In this document: positions 57,101 through 64,000 of the stretch, piece after piece | Layout: the number at the start of each line of letters is the position of its first letter | Numbering within the stretch: position 1 is the stretch's first letter | Source of the DNA: Epithemia pelagica | Taxonomy: Eukaryota > Protista > Bacillariophyta | Assembly: GCA_946965045.2 (NCBI GenBank) | Contig: OX337238.1 | Coordinates: 1,984,001-2,048,000 of the forward strand | Length of the DNA stretch: 64,000 bases | Direction of reading: 5' to 3' | Translations under genes and position numbers: made by a program | Notes under the pieces: generated by a model | Seen by the model: the letters and a program-made list of their open reading frames with translations, nothing else | The model's database searches: none | What the model was told of the DNA's origin: nothing

Positions 57101-60100
57101 AACTGGACTAACCATGAGATGGGGCACACTTGGAGGAGGAACAAAATACATGCGGCGAAGCCAAACCACATCTCGAGTCATATGGACCATTTTGGTGGTT
57201 GGATTGAACATTCGATACACATCGCCTGCATGATCCTTACAATAGCCCACAAAGAGACAATGAGCTCCACGATCATTCAGCTTCTTTGAGGTGTCTGTGG
57301 CGACCTTGACAGTTCCGGCCTCTCCCCATGTGCGAAGATGATGGGCGAATTTTGGAAGTTGACCACACCAATGTTCATACCGAGTCTGAGACACACCATT
57401 GATCTCAATGACGACGAGTCCATCTAATAAAGTTGCAGTATCGAAGGCTGTAGTCCACAATAAATTGCGATATTCCAAAGGCAGGTTAGCTCGATGCATC
57501 ATAGCTCGTCCACGCATAGCAATGGTAGAGATGCTAACTTCCGCTAGGGAGTTCTGCTGGGGAGTATTGCGCGCGGTGAACTCGAACTCGATGCCCAATT
57601 TCCATGCAGCAGACTGTGCTCGAGACTGTAGAAGAATGTTCTCACCGGCATTGTCAAGTCGGACATGTGTCACACCCAATCCATTGGATGCCCATCGTTG
57701 AAACAATTCGCAAACGGGTTCGACCATTGCGTTCTTTGAGGAATGAAAAGATGAGAATTTTAGTTGGGTCTTTCCATGTACTATCATACACCACTGGTAT
57801 TTCTTGGGGTATGGCATCGAAGGCGTACGACGGACAGAACTCATGTCAAGATACACACGATTCACGGCAAGATTTTGGCTCGGATCATAATCGTCGTCAA
57901 GTTTGGTTTTCGACTTGGATCGAGGAAAGTTCTTTCGACGTGCCTTTCCGGCTGCACATGCGGCACATTGGTCCATTGGAGATGAGTCAAGAGTGAATCC
58001 AAGATGATCCATGATGGCCTTGAGTTGATGATTGCCGATGTGGCCAAGACGGTCGTGTGCTTGCTGCTGTGTCATGATGTTGCGTTTGGTTGGGAAGTTG
58101 ACATTGGGTACAGCGCCGATGATTTCTTGATGTGTCTTGCTGGTGTCACGACCTAAGTACATGCAGAAAATCATGCCATCTGGAGTGGGAATGACGATAT
58201 CGAACTCAACATGCATCTGACCTTTGCTGATGACGATTTTCTCCGATGATCCAGACAGAGACCAACCTTGCTTCAGCATTTTCGACACGCTGAAAAGGTT
58301 GAAGGCAGCCGACGGAAGAAGATTCACACCAGTCAGACGAGCTGGGCCGACTTCGTGGCCATGTTTATCGCAACGAATACCAGGCAAATCACCAATCAAC
58401 GAAGCAGTTTCGGTTGTATCATTGGCCATCACCAATCCGATGGGATCAACAGGTTTGTGGAGGTTGATCATCCCTTGTGCATGGGATGTCATGTGTTGGG
58501 TTGCGCCAGTATCAGCGATCCAGATATTCGGATCACGCAAGATCTGAATGTCGGAAGGGAACTCGATTCCGCTCAAAAGCGCTTCAACATGAGTGCCTTG
58601 AGAAAGATTAGCAGTCGTGGCGCTATTGGTGTTCACAGGAGGACCGGTCAAATTTGATGCAACAACAGTGGCAATATCTTGTGTTCCATTGGGAATTGGA
58701 GTCTGTTGTGGTGGTGGTTCTTGTGGAGCTTGTTGTTGTTGACGGCGACTTGTCCAGTTCGGCGGACGTAGATGTGCATTCTTGGGGTTCTCCCAGCATC
58801 GATGTGTCGAATGTCCATACACTTTACAATCCTCACAATATGGTCTTGGGCGATTGGGATCGTATGGGCGTTGTTGATACTGTCCTGGAGTGTTTGGTCT
58901 ATATGTTTGATGCTGAGGAGGTCCATTGTTTGGAGCTTGGTATTGTCCAGCGACCAATGCTGTACCTTGATGGGCTTGATTGAGGCGCAAAGGACATTGG
59001 TAGTATCCATGGCCTGGCTCTTGGCAGAAGTTGCAAATCACATAAGGACTGGAGACCTCGGAGTTATTGCATCCAACGGCTTGACACATGGGAGCATTCT
59101 TGACGACTTGAGTGGCTTGAAGTGACAATCCACCACTATCAAGACTCGATTCCGTTCCGTCTTCGCCATCGTCATCTTCGTCATGGTGAAGATTCCATTG
59201 TGTCATCATGGCGTCGATCAGATCATCGGCCGTCACTTGACTTCCTTTGGCTCGTTGTTCGGCGGCTACGATGGTGTTGTATACTGGAGCAGCTTTCTCG
59301 ATCACAATGGCGACAAGATCGTCGTCACCCAACTCGTGGTTGTGTCGATTCTCTATCTGGGAGATCCTCTTGCGGAGAATCTTGGGATTCATGGTATCAG
59401 TCATGTTGATTTTGTTGATATCTTGTCGGATTCGTGTCTTGGCTGCAATGTTTTCGCTTGTATAATTTCGATTCAACCCCTTGATGATGATATGAGCTTG
59501 TCCACCCGGCCAATCAGCTGTGATGGACTTCATGACCAGCTTGAGATCGTCATCTGCTTGGAGAGCCATGCTGAGACAGGATACCGCCATTGCATTCCGG
59601 TGTAGAGCCTTCTTCTGCTTCTTTCCGGAGTCTGTTGATTCGTCGATCACGGCATCTTCTGTTCCCGGCAAGTCAGGATCAGGCTGTTCTGAGAGAGCTT
59701 GTATGAAATTGTACACTCGGGCATGAGAACGGAATCTCATCCACCAGATCGGATAGTCCGACTTCTTCCCGGAGAAAGTTGGTACCTTGACCGCTGTTGC
59801 TGACTTGTCATTGCTTGCAGTGTCCATGATGATGATTTTGATGATAGATGAATGGAGTTAGACGAGTTTGGCAAACAACAACACACGATCAACGATTCCA
59901 AACCTTTGCGGTAATGGTCGTTCTGTCCCGATTTCAATGTAACAATCCAACGATTTGACTCAGTTCTTCGATTCTTCTTGTTCCCGTAAGGCTTGATTCT
60001 CTTTCTTTTGCATCAGAGGGACCAACAAAGCAATCACCGATACTAGCTAGTATGTTGGATCACTAGATTGGCCCAAATGGAGTCTTCCGTGCACAGAAGC

Positions 60101-60338
60101 AATAGAGATGTAAAATGTAGACGAATTGCTTTTCAAAATGATCGATCTAGAAAGAGTGAGTGTTACGACTAGAGTGTTGTCCAAGATGGGAGTTGTTGTT
60201 ATGCCAGTTGAGATCGAAATCATCCAAGATCTAGGTGATCTATAACCGCCTCCCATGCGGTTTCTATCCCAATGATTTGGATGTGCGACCACTTCGGGAT
60301 CACGACATGAAGAGCGACTCAATTCTTTGATTCCGACA
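54125..60338 (-). mobile_element. Intact Ty1/copia LTR retrotransposon (Copia-2)
   Basis: Identical 286-bp LTRs at 54125-54410 and 60053-60338 (TG...CA), TSD AAAAG (54120-54124, 60339-60343), PPT aggcaggg; empty site in copy 1. Confidence 0.98.
54701..59827 (-). CDS. Copia-2 gag-pol polyprotein (1708 aa)
   Basis: Two CCHC knuckles (CNFCQEPGHGYYQC, CEDCKVYGHSTHRC), protease ADTGATQHM, HDRLGH...CAAC, integrase D-D-E, RT (MDVKGAFL, LYGTKQA, WVDDFL), RNase H (SDSDFA, HIDVKWHF, ADLFTKNL). Confidence 0.97.
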   Translation of the reverse strand: MDTASNDKSATAVKVPTFSGKKSDYPIWWMRFRSHARVYNFIQALSEQPDPDLPGTEDAVIDESTDSGKKQKKALHRNAMAVSCLSMALQADDDLKLVMKSITADWPGGQAHIIIKGLNRNYTSENIAAKTRIRQDINKINMTDTMNPKILRKRISQIENRHNHELGDDDLVAIVIEKAAPVYNTIVAAEQRAKGSQVTADDLIDAMMTQWNLHHDEDDDGEDGTESSLDSGGLSLQATQVVKNAPMCQAVGCNNSEVSSPYVICNFCQEPGHGYYQCPLRLNQAHQGTALVAGQYQAPNNGPPQHQTYRPNTPGQYQQRPYDPNRPRPYCEDCKVYGHSTHRCWENPKNAHLRPPNWTSRRQQQQAPQEPPPQQTPIPNGTQDIATVVASNLTGPPVNTNSATTANLSQGTHVEALLSGIEFPSDIQILRDPNIWIADTGATQHMTSHAQGMINLHKPVDPIGLVMANDTTETASLIGDLPGIRCDKHGHEVGPARLTGVNLLPSAAFNLFSVSKMLKQGWSLSGSSEKIVISKGQMHVEFDIVIPTPDGMIFCMYLGRDTSKTHQEIIGAVPNVNFPTKRNIMTQQQAHDRLGHIGNHQLKAIMDHLGFTLDSSPMDQCAACAAGKARRKNFPRSKSKTKLDDDYDPSQNLAVNRVYLDMSSVRRTPSMPYPKKYQWCMIVHGKTQLKFSSFHSSKNAMVEPVCELFQRWASNGLGVTHVRLDNAGENILLQSRAQSAAWKLGIEFEFTARNTPQQNSLAEVSISTIAMRGRAMMHRANLPLEYRNLLWTTAFDTATLLDGLVVIEINGVSQTRYEHWCGQLPKFAHHLRTWGEAGTVKVATDTSKKLNDRGAHCLFVGYCKDHAGDVYRMFNPTTKMVHMTRDVVWLRRMYFVPPPSVPHLMVSPVVDPSTYDDHEDLPLIDDNAPFIEMLEDNNAQPKTDEIEPESNAPMEIERPTVETINQADDADDNVSVMTSATPRREQVTRTGRHVRPPKRLIEEYACAGIDFSRLQLSSAEVRYYQAMSSLGHEDADFDFAPPASDVRHGYQHADMYRAPAFHADAPLISNDISDAFLSTDVDPDYQAPTFPIDSIASGYSTNSTTLAQECALVGAGLGGGIQNTKELHVLSYEEAINGPERDQWLESIEKEYQRMIDNGVFIPCAPEDVPVGAKILSNVWAMKKKANGTFRARLNARGYEQVDGEHYDSHATFAPVASEMTIMIILVLIIIANWVVHIMDVKGAFLLGDFEKDRKMWMTIPKGMESKYLPGWLVFLGKTLYGTKQAARAFWNKVQVVMQLIGFLRNRADPCLYFAWTAFGLVIWLSWVDDFLICGSEAGVHHSKEAMKAHFDCDDCGPMTEYIGCKIDIDRTNHQSKLSQPVLLQSFHDEFDVPIPSQPYTTPAAPGEVLRNDDGSPSLTSKQQSLYRSGVGKLLHLMKWTRPDILNSVRELSKFMKQATENHLKAMYRVMRYCMDTSERSKTLRPVGCWDGRKDSFDFVIRGISDSDFAKDPERRHSVSGISVFLQDAPISESSRMQDCVTLSVSEAEIVAAVETGQRMLFGMRVLEQMGLTVAKPMILHMDCKGALALTHSWSVGGRTRHIDVKWHFLREMKEEGLIHTVWVHSPDNSADLFTKNLSGPDFKRHSLVYCSDLDPNVQADDDPTNTASDLPCAHVEPIAGSETALMVHQGPIPYWIQSFLRSQSTSK

Positions 60339-60862
60339 AAAAGCATGCATGGATCATTCCTTCCACTCCAAATCGCACTGGGAGCGGCCTTCGAATCGGC
60401 ACAACGCGAAATCAGGATCACATGGAAGGAATGGATGGCCGCATAAGAGTTGTTCATGCACAGTCCATGAACATGAACAAGATCATATCCGTAGACTAGG
60501 TCCTTTTGCCACATGAGATTCCTGCCTTCAAAATGTGACCGAATGAATCGTGAATCGTGACTGTGTGGAATTCATTATTATTTAAGCCTCTATAAATTAA
60601 ATATCCGTACTCCGTACTCGTAAAACTAACCCTTCGAACTTCGAATACCTCGAAGTTCTTCTGCCCAAGTGGCACACAATGACACCCAAAGACAACACAC
60701 TGCCGCCGCTGGATAGGGAGACGAGGCATGAAGTCAGAACAACCATGACGTTACAATGTGGAATCAGGTCACGATTCCGCACAACTTGAGCCCCGGCATC
60801 GTGAGAAGGCAACTACAAGTCTCAGTCAGGGCCTCCTGTAGCTACCTTCACAGGTCTCAGTC

Positions 60863-62687
60863 TTACGAACGTCGCAATGCTTTGGTGACTCGCTCCGGAT
60901 CGTCAAAGAATCTGACCGGGTTGTCGATGCATCCCAGTTCCTCATGATCAAAGAAATCTTTGACCGTTTCGACCGAATTACAATCCACAGCTACCGTCAA
61001 TCCTTCATAACCCTCTTCGTCAACCTCTTCCGGCCGTCGGAATGACAAATGAACATCATCCGGGACAACAAAGGCGATCTTGACCGACACACAATCTGAT
61101 TGGAGCTTAAACGTCTGTAACAGAGGTCGGAGGAACTTGGTCCTAAACGTTCGAGGGTTGAAGGTGTGCTCAGCGGAAATAGTATACTGAAAGCACCAAA
61201 CTGTTACGTTGTCATTGGGATCCTTGGTAAGAAGGGCTGCATCGATGTTTGCGGAATTGGGTACACTTGGAATCCAGTAAACCAGAAAGTCGGAGAGTTG
61301 ATTAACTCCCTCTACACCGGTCCCCTTGCTCTGGAGAATGCCAGATATAGGGCTTGGACGTTTGTAGAAAAGCTGATGGACAAGCTCCTCAAAGTGGCAT
61401 CCCGCTGCACTTGCCAGCCCTTTCTCTTTAGATTCCATATAGGCATTGTAGTAATTTTCCAGGCCGACCCGGTCCCGCAAGAGACGTGCGACAAACTGTG
61501 AGTCCACAACCTGATAAGCAGATCCAAAGAAGGTTTCGCTGGATGCCACATCAGGGATTCGGAACATGGTTCGAACACGATCGGGGCTTTTTCTATCCCC
61601 ACTTCCTTTTGTGTCAACAATACTTAGCATTGCCTGATTCTTGGATATCGCATTCACCGTCGCCGTCTTCTGGGCCTTCCATTTGCGTGGGTTCTGAGCG
61701 TACTTTAACGCCTCCCGGATCCGGCCACCAGCATGATAGAAAATATCCTCAAAAACTTCATCGGGAGAATAGCTAGAAGCAGATTTGTCGCCGTCATCGC
61801 CATCTGCATCGGCTTCTTCAAGACCTTCCATTTCATCATCACATTTCGTTGTTGCTGCTGCTGGGGCCGATGACGCCGCTCTTGCAACCCCATCGACTGC
61901 TGGCGCCGCTGCTGCAACGTCGTCGATGCCAGATGGTTTATGGTTGTCTAGAATATCCGAAGTCAACTCGAGCGCTTTTTGCAGGTCCGTCTTTTCCCAG
62001 CCACTTAGAACGACGAGAGTTGAAAATGTCGCACTTTCTCCTTGAGGTACGTCATGTCCACCGCTTGTCGCTAGGTAATGGTGTGGTAGGTACAGATCTT
62101 GGTCGCCTTCGTGTAGACCATCAATGAACAAGAGAACATTGTTAGACATAACGTGAACCTGGGCATCCGAACGGTTGATCGCCATATGCTTCTGTAGAAC
62201 GTCCGCCAGCACATCGTCGACTCCCAAGTTTCCTTGCAATATTCGACTGTAGCGAATCGTAATCTCCTTATTCTCTTTGTCGCTGTTGACCTTCTTCCTC
62301 ATAAAAAACACGCTCGTGAACTCTCCAACAGCCCTCGTCTTGCGAATGAAGCAGACAGGCTTCTCCTCGTACAGGGCACGGTACACGGTACAGTGCCACC
62401 AAAAATATTAATACGCTTTTTCCAACACCAGGTGAACCGATAACAATCTGACTCATTTCTCGACCACTCTTGGTGAGTTCCTGGAACACTTCACACATTT
62501 CTTTTCGAATGTAGATCGAATTTTTGGGGAAAAAATGCTCCTTCATCTTAGTAGGAGGGGCGAGGGGTGAAAAAAAAGTTTCGGTCTCGATACACTCCCC
62601 CTCCACTAGGCCTGCTGCACCCAAGCCTATGTCTGCGCAATTAAGCGTTGCTGTTTCATACTGGATTGACGACAACGACGACGACAT
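60863..62687 (-). pseudogene. CR-like NTPase + REase, copy 2, same 7-bp frameshift
   Basis: Copy of 35672-37496 with one visible amino-acid change (T to A in FYHxGGR). Confidence 0.8.
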
Positions 62688-63463
62688 GCTGGTAAAATCG
62701 TGAGACCTCGTTCAAGATTGCCTCTTTGTCTTCTGTTGATGCCTTCGTTTGTTGTTGTTTGTGTTAGCGGAATGGTGAGTCCTGGTTGATCGTGATTCAC
62801 AGGGGCGATTGGCCCACTAGTCTCTAGTAGTCTCTGAGTTTCCCTAAATGAATCAATCATAAAGACTACAAGCAAAATTGGACTGGTGAAAAGTGAGACG
62901 TCGCAACGAGTCCAGAAAATGGGGCTCAAGGGGTGTATGCGAACAAAAACAACAGGGAGGGACTATTGAGATGCTTGTCCTTAGCCCAATCGCAGCACTG
63001 TCTTTCTTGACGTACCTGGGTAGCATGGAAGCTGAAAAATCATGCCATTGCAAGAATTGCCATGGACACGGCCGCTGTACTGGAGGTTTGTTTGTTTTAT
63101 GAGTGTCGTGCACCAACCACCAACGGCAACCGTCATGCACGCTGGGTCGCTCAAACTGATTTGAAATGTGACAAGGAAATGCCGGCGTGTCCTTTCTGAT
63201 TTTTTATGGAAAATAGGATATGAATCGAGAAAAAAATCTCCATTGGGGGGACAGTTTGCGGACGACGTACATACGACTAATAGTTGGATTAAGGTGGCTG
63301 GTAGCGCAGTGGTTCGATTCCACAACACCTTAATTCTAAACAGAGGTAGTCGCTGTGGATCTTCAGAATTGCAGAAAATCTTGAGCGGTGACATTTGTAT
63401 TTTGGGGTTAGCATGTGTGAGCTAGGGGAAAAGCTTTCTTAGAATGGTTTCAATCCTTCCCCT

Positions 63464-64000
63464 CTACGTATAGTATGAAGGAACCACATTTTTAGCAAGA
63501 GACCATTCCGGAAGAGATGGGCGGACTCCGTCACTCAAAGGTGACTCCGCAAGTGCGTTAGCAAGTCGATGTAACAGAGCCTCGTTCTCTATTGCCTTGT
63601 CCACAGCATCCTGGCCTTCTCCCGCTCCATCGGTCCATGCTAGAGAAGCTGTGCCCGGGGTAGAAGCCCCAGGAAGATGATGTTCTGATTGAAACTGTTC
63701 TTCCAATACTGGAGCAAGTTTAGCGCGCTTGCTACCTCGCAGTTTTGCCTCCCTGGTTTTCAAAGACTTCAGGAGAGATTCAAATTCATTCAAACACTCC
63801 CGCCCATCATAGTACTGGGTTATCAACATGCTGTTGAGGGCCTCAAATTGTACCAAGTACCATTTCTTGTTCCCATCCGTACCCAGCAGAATTGTTGATT
63901 GCCCCCATACACTTTCCCTCGAGAAAGCAGCAAGCTGGAGTAACATTTGGGCCTTATTCATCGGCGTCCTGTCGGTCTTCATCTCGACCAGTGCCATACC
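63464..64000 (-). CDS. 3' part of the CR-like REase gene, copy 2 (runs off the window)
   Basis: Identical translation to the C-terminal 177 aa of 39612-40634. Confidence 0.75.
   Translation of the reverse strand, partial: GMALVEMKTDRTPMNKAQMLLQLAAFSRESVWGQSTILLGTDGNKKWYLVQFEALNSMLITQYYDGRECLNEFESLLKSLKTREAKLRGSKRAKLAPVLEEQFQSEHHLPGASTPGTASLAWTDGAGEGQDAVDKAIENEALLHRLANALAESPLSDGVRPSLPEWSLAKNVVPSYYT

Larger units (their letters stand above)
40919..64000. repeat. Tandem segmental duplication, copy 2 (continues past the window)
   Basis: Colinear with 21586-40148. Lacks 21963-22342 and the 38110-39445 element; carries Copia-2 and 18 extra nt at 47874-47891. Confidence 0.93.

Overview
Eukaryotic, transposon-dense DNA, inferred to be diatom/stramenopile from the Copia lineages, the DDE_Tnp_4 and piggyBac transposase types and the short GT-AG introns. 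No prokaryotic operons, rRNA, complete tRNA or CRISPR arrays were found. The window contains: (1) one long low-complexity membrane-anchored gene (3550-6618). (2) A head-to-tail, all-minus-strand array of Crinkler/CR-effector-like genes (kinase, REase, REase+kinase, NTPase+REase), several of them frameshifted. (3) Three different Ty1/copia LTR elements: 9098-15293 (identical 212-bp LTRs, TSD GGTTG, extra upstream ORF); an internally deleted element with TA...TA LTRs nested in a piggyBac-like transposase (TSD CTCCG, present twice); and an intact element at 54125-60338 (identical 286-bp LTRs, TSD AAAAG). (4) A Harbinger-like transposase pseudogene with an accessory ORF, a Harbinger-type non-autonomous element carrying TGTATCG arrays, a LINE fragment and an R2R3-Myb gene. 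(5) A near-identical tandem duplication of about 19.3 kb (21586-40918, repeated from 40919 past the window end). Two observations stand out. The 9098-15293 Copia has no tRNA-type primer-binding site; instead the 14 nt right after its 5' LTR are perfectly complementary to a tract inside the LTR, the Tf1-type self-priming architecture, here in a Copia lineage whose Gag also lacks a zinc knuckle. Second, the duplication junction places the N-terminal header exon of a CR-kinase gene upstream of, and in phase with, a CR-REase gene; these genes share a conserved intron donor. All family assignments are by motif recognition; no database searches were run.
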